From Eledone cirrhosa (Eukaryota), in NCBI GenBank assembly GCA_964016885.1, contig OZ024747.1, positions 53,320,001 to 53,384,000 on the forward strand: a DNA stretch of 64,000 nucleotides, in the 5' to 3' direction. The first letter of the stretch is position 1; every line of letters begins with the position of its first letter. The notes beneath the pieces are model-generated. The model saw only the letters and a list, made by a program, of their open reading frames with translations. It searched no databases and was not told the origin of the DNA. The translations under genes were made by a program, and so were the position numbers. This document shows positions 26,670-40,942 of the stretch, piece after piece.

Positions 26670-26899
26670 AACACTTGCGTAACTTCTTACAGAGGAATAT
26701 TAAATGAAATGTCAATGAGGATAAGTGTACTCATTACCACTCACATATACTTATAATATACACATACTCATATTACCATATATACACATAAACACACACT
26801 TTTGTATATACATACACATACTCACATCTACAGCTACATCCATACTAGCACACACACACACACACACACACTGCAACACACGTGCCTACCGAGAAAAGG

Positions 26900-27210
26900 A
26901 GAGAGAGAGGTGGTAGAGATGGAGAGAGAGGGCGAAAGGGGTGAGGGGGATAAGGAGGGGGAGAGGGGGGTATAGGGGGCGGGGGATAGAGGGGGAATGG
27001 AGGGGGTAGAGAGAGGGGGAGATAGGAGGGGAATAGAGAAGGGGTAGAGAGAAGGGGGATGGACAGGGGATAGAGAGAGGGGGAATGGAGAGGCGGTAGA
27101 GAGGGGGAGAGAGGAGGGGGATAGTGAGAGGGAGGGAGAAGTGGCATAGAGGGGAGACAGAGAGGGAGAGAGAAGGGGGATAGTGAGAGGGAGAGAGGGG
27201 AGGGAGAAAA
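26900..27210. repeat. G/A-rich polypurine tract
   Basis: Repeated GGGGGA/AGAGAGG runs. Confidence 0.85.
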
Positions 27211-27533
27211 TATCCTACCCAAATAATTAATTATTTAGCCACAATCCAAATTATACTTGAGATTTTCTCAGCCTAATTTATTTTTAATATGTTAATTACA
27301 ATATTTCTGTTAGACAATTGTGTTAGTAAATTTATTTTGATAATCTTTATTTCACTAATATTAATATTAAAATTCACTTTAACTTTAATTAATTAATAAG
27401 AGCACATGTAAAACCAATCAATGTTTTAATTATAAAGAGAAATGAAATGATTATGCCTCTTTGTTCTTTCACTCTAGCTTCATTAAAATGCTTCTCGCTC
27501 CATCTGCCTTCTCACTCTCATGCCCCACTCTCT

Positions 27534-27643
<110 letters not shown>

Positions 27644-27723
27644 AATAAATAAAACAAAACAAACACAGGGATGCAAAAATACAAAGTCATATTACGTTCA
27701 TGCTGAGAGGAAGTGGAGAAGGG

Positions 27724-27757
27724 TTCTACGTTTCGGGTGGAAGTCCTTCATTAAGAA
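27724..27757 (-). ncRNA. Decayed minimal hammerhead (family shared with 30055-30088)
   Basis: rc: TTC TTAATGA AGGAC-TTCC-ACCC GAAA CG TA GAA; sister rc: CTC CTAAAGA AGGGC-TAAA-GCCC AACA CG TC GAA. Confidence 0.5.
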
Positions 27758-27824
27758 AGTTTGGATAAGGTGAGAGCAGGTAGTTACATGAAAGTAGTGT
27801 GTGAAATTTAGGAAAGGGGGTTAG

Positions 27825-27867
<43 letters not shown>

Positions 27868-28060
27868 TTTATGTTTATAATCTCATTCGTTTATTCTTTT
27901 ACCTTTTTCACTCAGACGTCGGCCATGCTGGGCCCCGCCTTGACTTAGTCGATCATATCGATCCCAGTTCTTATTTTTGTTCAAGTCTGTTACTTATTTT
28001 ATCGATCCCATTTTTATTTGTTTTCGAACCGATAAGTATGACACACCCACACACACCCAT

Positions 28061-28115
<55 letters not shown>

Positions 28116-28409
28116 CGAAGGCTTCTGGCAGCTTCCGTCTACCAAATTTCACTGGCAAGATATTGATCTACCTAGGCTATATTATAAAACAGTCACATAT
28201 CCTCTGTGTGTGTGAGTGTGTATCTGTGTTTAAATATCGATCTAATTTAATCTGAATAAAGCTAACCCAAGTGAAAAGGTTATTTGTTCACGTGGTAAAA
28301 ATTCAAGGAAGTGTTTGAAAAATCAACACAAACGAAGAAAGAGTCTTTTGAACAGTTTGGCTAATAAGCATTGGGTGTCTGTAGCTCTAATTAAATACAA
28401 CCTATTTCA

Positions 28410-28655
28410 GGCGCATGGCTTAGTGATTAGAGAGTTAGATTCGCAATCGTGAGGTTGCGAGTTCAATTCTCGGACCGGGTGATGCGTTGTGTCCTTGAGC
28501 AAGACACTTTATTTCACGTTGTTCTTTCTGCCAAGAGTTGCGACCGGTAGATAGCAGCAGCAGCAATGGAATGACTGATGGAAACATTGTTTCTTCGGTC
28601 CGATTTGACAAGGTCCCGCGCATTCAGCAAAGATCTGGAATCTTGTCGATCGTTC
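28410..28655 (+). mobile_element. SINE family C (tRNA head + CORE-like domain, distinct body)
   Basis: GGCGCATGGCTTAGTG...GAGTTCAATTCTC...TGTGTCCTTGAGCAAGACACT; second copy at 40365-41030 (-). Confidence 0.8.
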
Positions 28656-29652
28656 CTCTCTCTCAATTAATTAACACTGATTTAAACTGAAGTGTATGCC
28701 AAGTATATATGAGCTCTGCTAAATAAATATATACATATACACCAGTCCGAACACAATGGAACCAATCTTCCACTGCCACTGACTCTGCCTCTCTCGCTCT
28801 CCACATCTCTCTGTTATGATCAAATGGGGACCCACGCGCTGGTCTTCCAACGGCCCCGGTGGACAGAATAGAAAAGGCGCTTCCACAGAGGCGTTTCCAC
28901 ATTATTAATGACTAGGTGCTGAGGATAAGGGGCACCGCAGGTTCTAGAGACCCGTCAATTTTTACAGTAGTGAGATGATTGGTTGATGTGCCAGAGAGGA
29001 CCAAAAAACTTGAACCCCTAGTCACATGCTACTACAGATCTGATCAGTAGCATAGTTAGGGGGAGGAGTAGTCCGCATCCTTGATGTGAAATGTGTACTA
29101 TGTTTCTTAACGAGGAGGGTTGGTAGAATAAACTACAGGACCACTCTGAGTGGCACAAACTTAAGTCACGCATGAAGGTGCAGTGTGTTGCAAATGCACT
29201 TTGTAGTCGGAGTTCGGGGTCAACATAATAATTGCAATGGTCAAATTTGAAATTCCGTTGATAAAATTGATTGAAATTCCGTCGATAAACTCTACACCTA
29301 TCACATTAAAACAAAGAAACAAACAAACAGGCTATTACAAAAGTCAACATTTCACGTCCTGAAGATGGTACTGTGAAAATGTATAAGTGATACTAACAAA
29401 ATTTGGAATTTCATTGTGTCCAAACAAACTGCATGTTAATCATATGAAAATAGGAAAAATATTTCCCCCAAAAGTAAAAGCTAACATATAGTCACGTTTT
29501 TATACATAAACACGGCGAGACATTGTAACAGCATGCAGCTTCGTTCGTCTGGGTCAAAAACATAAGCACACTTTTTTCTTCTTTGTTTTTTTCTTTACTT
29601 GTTTCCTTAAAGTTTCCCATCATTCCGTTGGTATACATCTATTATGCAATAT

Positions 29653-29710
29653 ACACCTGAAGATGTCACCAGATTCTGACGCAACCTGGCCACTGAAATG
29701 TGCATAGTGT
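29653..29710 (+). ncRNA. Minimal type I hammerhead in a pLTR-like insert ending at (TA)n (~29910)
   Basis: ACAC CTGAAGA TGTCACCAG...CTGGCCACT GAAA TGTGCA TA GTGT; stem II imperfect. Confidence 0.7.
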
Positions 29711-29914
29711 TTGCAGAAATAAATAATTAAAGAAATTCACCCTATTTGGGCTCCTGTCATTTCACTTTATAATACATTTACTCCGTTTCCGCACCACCAA
29801 CATGATTCAACATCAAAGATGGATGAGTTGCATAACGTCGAGTGCTTTTCTCATATTAATATGGCAGAATGACCAATTCTACCCAGTGGTAAACCGCCAA
29901 ATTTAAACGTATAT

Positions 29915-29982
<68 letters not shown>

Positions 29983-30147
29983 CAAGGAAACGACAAAACA
30001 GAAGTACAAAAGTCTTATTAGTTTCACACTTTATATGGAAAAGGGGAAAGAAAGTTCGACGTGTTGGGCTTTAGCCCTTCTTTAGGAGTACAAAAACAGA
30101 GACAGTATCACAAAGGATAGATACAGAAAGTAAAATGTAGTTTTTAG

Positions 30148-30264
<117 letters not shown>

Positions 30265-30569
30265 GTGTGTGTGCGTGTGTGTGTGTATGCGTGTGTTTGT
30301 GAATAAAAATACGAATGTTCATCAAACTTCGAGCATATTGCGTTACAGGAAGATTTTCTTTACGTGACCAGGAAGTATGCAACACACGTGACATGTCATC
30401 AGTCCTTATTGGTTCATTGTGATGCTTTACATCTGACCTGACTGTCGCCTACAACACCTCCGAAAATCTGGGCGCTTCGTATCATCTTTCTTGCATATCG
30501 CACTCACACACACATACAATGTAGGAACACCTGGACATACTCAATCATATGTCGGGTCTATTTATGTAT

Positions 30570-30624
<55 letters not shown>

Positions 30625-30844
30625 CATAAATATGCATACAAACGTGTGTGTATGTATGTGTGTGTATATATATATATATATATATTATATGGTGCATGTA
30701 TGTACGCTGGTATAGAGAGAGGCAATACAGCTGGTGGGATGTCTATCAAAGATGACAATAAATAACAAAAGACCAGTTAACAATGGCAGGAAAAGATGAA
30801 TTATGCCTAGCCATCTTGATAGATTTTCAACTGATTGAAATATC

Positions 30845-31180
30845 TTAGCAGCCCTCCACAACTTAAACCACATCCAAAGTAAAGCCACCCGTCTGATTGA
30901 CATGAGAACACTTACCAACACACTCCAAACTCGGGTGCGTTTTTTTCACACACTGCTTTTTCTATTAGTACTACATTGACCTCTGTTACTATCAGTTAGT
31001 TGGTGTCATACTACATCCTCTAAAGTCGACTATATATATTTACTTCATATTGTGTCCACGCCATACTCTTTATTCTACCCATTTCTTCCTCTATAGAAAA
31101 TCGTCCCCTTGGAATTCTCCATGCTCATATTCTTTCTTGTAGTCGATAGATTGCAACCGTATGAATCTCATCTCCTCTGG
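30845..31180 (+). mobile_element. Decayed CR1/L2-group LINE RT C-terminal fragment
   Basis: LHNLNHIQSKATRLIDMRTLTNTLQT...LFY*YY resembles the LDRIQKRAIRLI..LFYRYY pattern. Confidence 0.6.
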
Positions 31181-31734
31181 AGTCACTACGAAGGACATCG
31201 ACACCTTTTTATCAAGTCATATTTAAAAACATATGCAATGCGCTAGTTAGCCAATTTATTAGTTACAAGAAATTGTAAGTTATTGTGGTGGTGACAATTA
31301 CGATGGTCGACGGCGGTGATGGTTAACCATAAGAATTAAACAGTAGTTGTTGTTGGGAATGCAATAAGCCAAAGTGGTAGTAGGGAAACAGACGTGAGTG
31401 TGTATCTATGAAACATATACTTATAAGCCACTTTATTGTTTAAGATACTGATTTCGGATGCTGTTGAAGTTAACTTTACCGGATTGATAAACGTAGTATC
31501 AGTAATGTTTACGGTACTTTATTTGATAACAATGAGATCCTACCACGGTATAAGAACAGTCACCAGACGTTGCTGATGAAGTCTTCTCAAACTCTGAATG
31601 GACTCTCTAATTCACAATAACTCTAAAGATTAGTTTCGGAATAAGCATATCACCGTAATTTTTTCTAAATCTGAGTGTGCACTATTGAAAAGTAGTGGAA
31701 CAATACTACGCTGTGTCCCCCTCCTCCTCGGCCG

Positions 31735-32110
31735 GATATGAGTACCAGTGATGTACTTGGGTCTATGTAATCAATTTGTGATATTACAAGTGGCAGTAAG
31801 AATATTGTGTGTTACTATAAGTACCAACTAACTACTTGGGTTGATATAAACGACGAGTACGGGATATCACTTAATGGTAAAGGTATCGCATCTAAATATG
31901 AATACCAGTTAACTACTTGGAGCAATAGAGTCATGGCATTGCAACTGATGACAACGAGATCGTGTCTCAATATACATACCACTTGGGTGAATATATTCAA
32001 CTGTATTACTACTGATGGCAACAAGGTTGTGTCTCAATATACGTACCAGTTAACTACTCGGGTCAATATAATTAATTAGTGTAGCATTCTATTGAAGGCA
32101 ACAGTATCGT
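31735..32110. repeat. Degenerate ~70-80-bp tandem repeat built on a SINE A-like segment
   Basis: About 5 units of RTACCAGTTAACTACTTGGG...TGGCAACAAGATCGTGTCTCAATAT. Confidence 0.65.
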
Positions 32111-32671
32111 ATCTCGGTCAGGTAAAATATTACAACATTACAGCACTTCTTTACGGTCGCTCAACTTGTTAAAAATAGGAGCCAAATTTCTTTAAAATTA
32201 CACCATTTAAATCTTCAAGATAGATATATTGAATAATCCGTTCAATGAAATACATGGTCTCATAACCGTATGCTTGCTTGATTAGAGATGACCTAGGCAT
32301 AAACTAGGAGCAGCCATGTTGTTATCACTGCTTATAGCTTCTAGAACTTTCTATATATGCAATTCGACTGTGATGATAAAAAAAAAGAAATGATTTCTCT
32401 GTTTACACATTTTATATTACTTTCTGTTTCAGCCATGCACTTTTATCTATTAAGATGAGCAAAATATACACCTGGGACATCACATTCTTCTTCTAGCTAT
32501 TGGCTTCACAACCGAACATGTGATGTCCATGGTCACATCTTAGCAGTCCCACATTTAATTGTTGTATATATCAATTCCATTTATAAGTGGGGTTATTGTT
32601 TCTACAAAATAAGACGTAAATAAGTACAACTTACCTGAAACGAAACTTAGATATTATTAGTTAGAAGATAA

Positions 32672-32958
32672 ACACAACCGAAGATCAACATAACTGGGAA
32701 TCAACCTGACTGAAGATCAACTTGTTAACTTCATTAGAAATTCATATGATTGGCTACTAACATAACTTAACACCTTAGAAACTGGAGATCAACCTGATTA
32801 AAGTTCAACCTAAATGGAGATCAACTCCACTGGAGACGAGCATGATTGGAGATCAACATGACCGAAGATCAACACAACTGGGAATAAACCTGGCTAGAGA
32901 TTACACAGACTGGAGATTAAGTTGACGAGAGATCAACATAACTGGACATCAACCTGGC
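32672..32958. repeat. Degenerate 16-bp tandem repeat ACTGGAGATCAACCTG
   Basis: About 14 units with an interruption at ~32725-32780. Confidence 0.8.
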
Positions 32959-32959
32959 G

Positions 32960-33030
<71 letters not shown>

Positions 33031-33153
33031 TGTGTGTGTGTGTGTGTGTCAATCTATATATATGTTCAGATATATGTGTGTGGGTGTAGGTATGTGTTGA
33101 CAGCCAGGCAGACAGATGGCGCTTTTTATCTCAGAAATATTATCAAACTTCGC

Positions 33154-33201
<48 letters not shown>

Positions 33202-33348
33202 TTTTCATATATATATATAAAACACGTAGACACTTTTCCAGCGAAACAGATGCAGTCTTTCACTCAAAGACTTCACTAAAAATTCTCCTGCAATTTTTTT
33301 TTAAATTTCTAAATAAGATATCTCGCAAACACACATACCTCCCTCCAC

Positions 33349-33404
<56 letters not shown>

Positions 33405-33505
33405 CAAGCTTTTCTATTTCTATTTTGTAAGTAAAACAGGTGGAGTGTTTTAATCAAATCTATTTTCTCAGGAATATATTTTTGTATGTGGCTTTTTCTT
33501 TATAC

Positions 33506-33556
<51 letters not shown>

Positions 33557-33586
33557 GACACATACATACATACATACATACATACA

Positions 33587-33622
<36 letters not shown>

Positions 33623-33719
33623 TACATATATATACATACATACATACATACATACATACATACATACATACATACATACATACATACATACATACATACA
33701 TACATACATACATACATAC

Positions 33720-33761
<42 letters not shown>

Positions 33762-34317
33762 ATGTAAAATGTTTTATTTCGTAGAAGTTTTGTAAAAATT
33801 CACCTGCTGAAACGTGATATTTGAAGAGCGGATAAAGAAATCTTCAACTGAAGGGAGAGAAGCGATCCTTCTGTTTGCAGAATTTCTGATAAGAGGATCA
33901 AATTCGATGTCTGAGATAAAGTTTAGAAGATTTGTTTCTACTTAAAGTCGTGTGCAATTGCGATATGGTATCAAAATGTTTTCTTTAATCTTGTAGTTTC
34001 CTAATGTTGGTGGTATAGATGTGGAGGTGTAGACTGCTGATGGGGGTCCGTTATCTGACGTGAAACAATTTCACATAGACATACAATCACGCAAACACAC
34101 ACACGCACAAATGTATGTATGCATATATATATATATATGCGTGTTAGGTGTGTGTGCTAAGAAGAATTTATGCATACACACATATACACACACACACATA
34201 TATATATATATATACATATATGTGTGTGTGTGTATGTATATAGATATATATATGTGTGTGTGCATGTGTGAATATATATATATATACATACATATATATA
34301 TACACACACACAAACAC

Positions 34318-34357
<40 letters not shown>

Positions 34358-34847
34358 GGCATAAATATACATATATATAACGCATCTTCGAAACTCAATT
34401 TTTAACATACAACAACACACATACAAGCACACACACAAAACACACAAATCAATATTTCATTTCTACAAAGCAACATTCCTTATTCCTCTATACACTTCAT
34501 TTAAAAAATAAAAAAATGACCTACGCGGGAGAACACCTGATCTATTTTCCCCCGACAATATAAGTACGACAACATTTGTTGACATCACATTATATACTCA
34601 TGACAACCCCCACCTTACAATCAACAGTCAAGCCCGCCATCACAACCACACCTGCGCACAAATTAATCATTGAAATCCCAACAGAGGGGAAAACCATCAT
34701 ATTCACTCATTCTGTTTATTTTTATTTTTTTTCTACACCAAAGCCCAAACCTTCCTCCATCACGCGCACTCCATATATACGACAGATAATAACCAACAAT
34801 CCTAGTAACATCATATATATATGAGAGTATTGAAATTTGCTTGAAGC

Positions 34848-34881
<34 letters not shown>

Positions 34882-34922
34882 TATATAATATAAAATCAAA
34901 AGATGGTTAAATGAGTTCCAAG

Positions 34923-34993
34923 TATTTTATTATGCGCATTTCAAAAACAAATATCATCATGAAATGATATCTGCGTTTTCATCAGATAAAGTA
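34923..34993 (-). ncRNA. Minimal type I hammerhead; second copy of the 24192 family (insert 34890-35070)
   Basis: rc: TACTTTAT CTGATGA AAACGCAGATATCAT...ATGATATTTGTTTTT GAAA TGCGCA TA ATAAAATA. Confidence 0.85.
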
Positions 34994-35223
34994 GGGATAC
35001 ATGATATGAAGGTTAAAAAACACTTGTGATGTGTTGATTTATAACTTCACTATTCACAAGTGTTTTTATAATATTATATATATATATATAATTGTTTCTA
35101 CGTTAGGCACAAGGCCAGCTATTACCCAGTGTATTACTGGTACTTTATTTTATCGACCCCGTAAGGATGAAAGACAAAGTTAACCTCGGCGATATATAAT
35201 ATATTATATATATAGTATATATA

Positions 35224-35525
35224 TCTATATATATATAATATATATATATATATAACATATTATGTTTGTCTGTGTGTGTGTGAGTTTGAATCCCTAAAAC
35301 TAGAGAACCACCCAACCGACTGTTTTCAAACTTTACACATGTAATACTTATGTTTCAGGGAGTGTTCTGAGCAAAAATTCAAATTTTCAACGCATTAGGC
35401 GATTTAGCGATCTCTCTCTATAATTCTTAGTTTTTCTCTTTTTAGATAGATACATACATATAACGTCGCGCCCCTTATAATATCTGTCTGTATGTCTGAT
35501 GTCTGCATATGTCACTTCCCTGAGG

Positions 35526-35618
<93 letters not shown>

Positions 35619-36073
35619 GAATCCCTAAAACTCTAGAAGTACCCAACCGATTTTTTTCAAACTTTACATGTGTATTACTTATGTTTCAGGGAGTGTTATG
35701 CACATAAAAATTCAACTTTTTGATCTCCTAGGGCCCGCATTAAGTGAAAAACTGTGTTTTAAAAGCTTTTTAGGGGTCTTTTGAGGCGTTACGTCAGACC
35801 GATTTCCTTGAAATTGTAACTATGTATTATTAGTCAGTCTCTTTTTCATACTGTGAGTAAAGAAAATCCAACTTTATTTATGGCCTAGGGCCCGCATTAA
35901 GTGAAAACCTGAATTTTTCCTGCTTCATCGAGGAAAATCTTATCCAGCCATCAGAGTATTCGGTTTATTTTCTTTACATATTGTCCAGGCATGCAGTTTT
36001 TCCACGATTAGGTCTGTTGGCGGCCCGCCTTCCAAAATACCTTATCGCGTGCAACGCCGGGTACCACTGCTAG
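35224..36073 (+). mobile_element. Non-autonomous Helitron, copy 1
   Basis: 5' TCTATATATA, 3' GTGCAACGCCGGGTACCACTGCTAG followed by T; matches 45951-46861. Confidence 0.8.
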
Positions 36074-36083
36074 TATATTATAT

Positions 36084-36126
<43 letters not shown>

Positions 36127-36169
36127 TATATATAATATATATAATATATATAATATATATATATATATA

Positions 36170-36222
<53 letters not shown>

Positions 36223-36237
36223 ATATATATATATATA

Positions 36238-36280
<43 letters not shown>

Positions 36281-36297
36281 TATATATAATATATATA

Positions 36298-36373
<76 letters not shown>

Positions 36374-36457
36374 TATAATATATATATATATAATATATAT
36401 ATAATATATATAATATATATATATATAATATATATATATATAATATATATATAATAT

Positions 36458-36523
<66 letters not shown>

Positions 36524-36529
36524 TATTAT

Positions 36530-38420
36530 AATTGAATATAAAAGAAAGACGAACATAGATATATACATATATCTGTTCAAATCGTAAGGGACCAAGAACC
36601 TGGTAAGAAATGTTTCTTTGAGCCTTTCCCGTCTATCTACAAACGAGCATATTTTCACCGACCATTCCACATATTACAATGAAGCTCTTGCTCGGAGTGG
36701 ATTTGTCGATAAGGTAGCATATACAGAGTATGAGCATAGACCTAAGAAAAATAGATCCCGACGCATTACATGGTATAACCCACCATATAATATGGAGGTG
36801 GCAACACCATTAGCTAAGATCTTTCTCTCCCTTATGAAGCATTTCCCCTCAGCACATAAATATAATAAAACTTAATAGAAATACCATTAACATTTCTTAC
36901 TCTACGACTCCTAACCTTGCACATAATATCACTGCTTCAAATTTAGCTAAATCACCTAGCCGTAGGAACACGTGCAACCCTGTAGGTAGTACTAACTGTA
37001 ATTATAGGAATCAGGTTGACTGCCCCCTATCCGGGAAATGCCTCGCTAGTAACATTGTCTACAAATGTAAGGTTGAAACACCCACGTCCCGTAGGGCCTA
37101 CAGAGGGTTAACCGCCAATAGATTCAAGCAGCATCTTTACATGCATACCCATTCTTTTTTTAACCCTTTAAGAAGGAATATGATGTCACTTTCTGCTTAT
37201 ATCTGGAGTCTAAAAAACAACCACACCCAATATAGGTTACACTGGGAGATCCTAGCTAAGGCTAGATCGTATAACAGAAATAAAAGACCATGTGACCTCT
37301 GCGCCGCTGAAGCCCTGGAAATACTTTACGCCAATGACCACATCTTAAACAAAAAATATGAGGCAAATTCGGCTTGTAAACATAAATTGGACAAAACTTT
37401 CCTGTATTACAGCCCCACATTATACACTAAGGATAGTACGAACTATACGCGGATAATTTACGTCTTGATGTAAGTATATTTTATGTTTATACCATTACTT
37501 ATTTGTATAGGTTGCGTGGGTTTTTGTATGTGTGCGCGTGTTTTTCTGTACGTGCCTGTATTAGCAAACGCATGGCGGGTGTTTTCACGTATGCATGTGT
37601 ATGTACGTATATGGATGCGTGCATGTATATATTTAATTATTGTTGATTTCAATAACCTCTGTAATTTATTTACATTATTCTTAACTTTGAAGCTGAGAAT
37701 CATTCGGTTTCCTAGATGGAATTTTAGTTTACGACTTCAGTTATACCATAAACGCGGTTTTGTTTTTGCGTGTAATTGTTCTCAACGCTCCACATAATGA
37801 CGTATTATCTTCGTTTTTTTTCGTGCATTGGTTCTTGGTTATGCTAGCAGGATGGTTAGAATGCTTACTTATGTAAATAAGCGTATCATTCGGCTTTCTA
37901 TACGGGTAGTGCAAGCCATTCGAAAAATTGAGGGTAACGTCGAGTTAATTAACGACCGAGAGGTTGGCCTCAACCTGTATGGAGAGGTTGATTATCTTCG
38001 TTTTTTCCGTTCATTGCCAGGGAACGTCTCCACGAACCACCCAATAGAATATTAGTCTACGACTTCATTTATACCATAAACATGGTTTTGTCTTTGCGTG
38101 TAATTGTTCTCAACGCTCCAAATAATGACGTATTATCTTCGTTTTTTCCGTTCTTTGCCAGGGAACGTTTCCACGAACCAAAGTATCGTCTTCCTGTTTT
38201 CCTTCGGTTGCAACGTTTTTTGAAATATTTACTTCTGCGTTCACAGATTGATTTTTTTTTTGTTTCAGAAGATCCCGTTAAGGGTGAAAGCAGCGATTCT
38301 TTGCTTAAACTTTAATATGTTATTTTAATAAATATTTGCTCTACGGTTCTTATACATTTGATATGTATTTATCCTTATCGAGCCCTCTTTTGATTTTAGT
38401 CTTCAAATTTATTATATTTA
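36530..38420 (+). mobile_element. 5'-truncated Naiad-like Penelope-like element inserted in a long (TA)n/(TAA) tract
   Basis: ORF fragment, ~950-bp 3' region with internal duplications, hammerhead-like CAGAAGA TCCC-GTTAA-GGGT GAAA at 38266-38289, TA repeats on both sides. Confidence 0.85.
36591..37473 (+). pseudogene. PLE RT thumb, Cys linker and GIY-YIG endonuclease (Naiad-like); one frameshift at ~36870
   Basis: YNEALARSGF..RSRRITWYNPPYN..KHFP..LNRNTINISYS..CNYRNQVDCPLSGKCLASNIVYKC..YRGLTANRFK..LSAYIWSLK..CDLCAAEALEI..LNKKYE..CKH. Confidence 0.9.
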
Positions 38421-38440
38421 CTATAATATATATATATATA

Positions 38441-38552
38441 TCACGATAAATTAACGGAGCCATAGACCCTCGTTATTCCCTGTAAATTATGTGCTCAAAG
38501 GAAAAGGAATCTTGAGCTCTTTAAAATACAATATGTAGAAAGGGTAACACAC

Positions 38553-38586
<34 letters not shown>

Positions 38587-39215
38587 GTGCCATCAATAAA
38601 ACAGGGAAAACCACCAGTGTATGGAATCTATAACCTATGGAAGGCAGGGTAGATACACAATAATTAAAAATATAAATTAAAATGCATATACGCACCTCTA
38701 TAACTATATAACACACACGTACAAATCCAAAGAGATCTGTTTCGCCAGGAAGTTGTTGACTGAAATGCGCTCGCCTATGGGTCATCATCGTGTGTAAGGC
38801 AAATACATTCCAGACAACTCTAAGAAAATCTAAGACAACCGTCCAGCAACACGCAGCAGAGAGTTTTGATAGCGTGCGTAGGACAGTGAACCAGTGGTAT
38901 CTGGGGGACGAGCTGCTAGAAAGGGCAGCCCTGTTTTATTGATGGCACACGATCTCTCTCGCTCTCTCTAGTGTGTTACCCTTTCAACATATTGTGTTTT
39001 AAAGAGCTCAGGATTCCTTTTCCTTTGCGCACATAATTTACAGGGAATAACGAGAGTCTATGGCTCCGTTAATTTATGGTGATATTTCGCTCCTTATAAC
39101 AGTCTTTCCTCTCTCTCTGTTTGGTTGAGCACATTTCTTTGAGTGGTTTCTTAGCTGCCCTTTCTAGCAGCTCGTCCCTCAGATACCACTGGTTCACTGT
39201 CCTACGCACGCTGGA
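38441..39215. mobile_element. Rearranged pLTR-like insert with two interleaved inverted duplications
   Basis: 38441-38606 inverts 38930-39083; 38871-38930 inverts 39155-39212; degenerate hammerhead rc ATGATGA...CTGGC GAAAC AGATCT at ~38735-38795. Confidence 0.7.
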
Positions 39216-39705
39216 ATATGACTATATGTATACACATCATTTGCAATGTTTAATTATATAAAACTAAACCACAAATCTATGTGAATTAATACACTGCAGT
39301 AGATAAACAAGTGACACTAATAACCTACGTGCCGGGCTCTATGCACTCGTATGACATGCAAGAAATAGCAGCCAAATCTTCCAGCAACACTGCCGTCTTT
39401 AAAAAAAAGACAAGAACATTAAGGGTCTTAGATGTATTGAGCCTAGGAAATATACAGTTGGAATGGTGATCATGTGTTTATCTGGTCAAGGCTGACATTG
39501 GGCTAAACAACAACCAGCAACCAACAATCACCACGGCACCACCACCGCCAACAATACCATCATCAACAACATCAGGAACAATTGTCACTAAAGTACACTA
39601 AAGAACTATTAGGAACTCAGCTGTAAATATTAGAAACACAATACAAGAAAACAGTGAAATAGGTCAATAAAGAACTGCGTATATCAATCATAATAATACA
39701 CCACA

Positions 39706-39808
<103 letters not shown>

Positions 39809-39870
39809 ATTCATTAAAGCATCACCAGAAGGCCACCAGTTCTACTCATTGGTAAACAGCCTAAGATAAA

Positions 39871-39912
<42 letters not shown>

Positions 39913-39924
39913 TTTACGTTAGGC

Positions 39925-40225
39925 TGTAGTAAAGCCACGAGACAGTGTATAGGGTGTTCACAGTTGTAAGGTCGTGACTTCCATTCCCGGTGGTGCATTG
40001 TACCCTTGAGCAAGACACGTTATTTCATGTTGCTCCAGTTCATTCAGTTCGCAAAATTCAGTCTTATCAGTAGATCAAAAGGCTAACCGTGCCACATGAG
40101 AATAATGTTAAGGGAGCACGTGGTTGTGGAATGCTCAGCCACTCGTATGTTAATTTCCCAAGCATGCTGTTCTATTGTTCGAACAACTGGAGCATTCGTT
40201 GTCGGAACTCTCAGATATCCAGCTA
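39925..40225 (+). mobile_element. Old CORE-type SINE (relatives at 43600-43915, 50760-51025, 52960-53200)
   Basis: CCTTGAGCAAGACAC.TTATTTCA.GTTGCTCCAG and a shared 3' body CACGTTAATTTCA..AGC..GCTGTTCC.TTGATCG. Confidence 0.65.
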
Positions 40226-40541
40226 CTAACTGCCTGTAACTCTTTAAAACTGCCCCACACATACACAACCCCTTTCCTGTCTCAGTCATCTCACTACAAT
40301 AAGTTCAGTCATTACAGAATAAAAAGGAAAAGATCCATTTGATAGTTGCACACAATAATCTAGCTATCGATCGACAGGACAGAATACCAGACCTCACTCT
40401 CTTACCTGTTGGGGTGGAATTCGTCAAATCGGACCAAAGAAACAATGTTTCTATTGGTCTTTCCATTGCTGGCATTATCTACCGGTCGCAACTCCTAGTA
40501 GAAAGAACAACGTTAAACATATTATCTTGCTTAAGAACATA

Positions 40542-40942
40542 CCGAGACTTGGACACTAACATCACAACTTGAGAGGAGATTGGATGGCACATATACCCGC
40601 CTCTTAATGAGAGTGCAAAACCTATCCTGGAAACGACATCCCACCTTGTCTAAAATCTATGGCAAACTCCCTCGAGCCTCTGCCCTTCTAAAATCCCGGA
40701 GAGCTCAATTTGCTGGCCACTGTCACCGTGCCAGCAATGAAATCATATCCGCTCTCTTACTCTGGAACCCTGACTCTAGCCTGACTAGGAGTAGGAAGCT
40801 GTCATTCCCTGACGTTATCTCTAGGGATACGGGAATCAGTAGGCAGGACCTGGGGGGCAGCGATGGGGTACAGGGAATTCTGGGGCATGAGAGTGAGATC
40901 CATCATCTCGACAGTAGTCGACGGATGATGATGATGATGATG
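40542..40942 (+). mobile_element. 5'-truncated RTE LINE with 9-bp TSD, inserted into a SINE C copy (40365-41030, -)
   Basis: ETWTLTSQLERRLDGTYTRLLMRVQNLSWKRHP..FAGHCHR..LLLWNP; (GAT)n tail; TSD AAGAACATA at 40533-40541 and 40943-40951. Confidence 0.9.

Noticed and set aside
36870-37420. Selenocysteine recoding in the Naiad-like ORF
   Set aside because: The Cys positions I could read use TGT/TGC (one is TAT); no in-frame TGA in this copy
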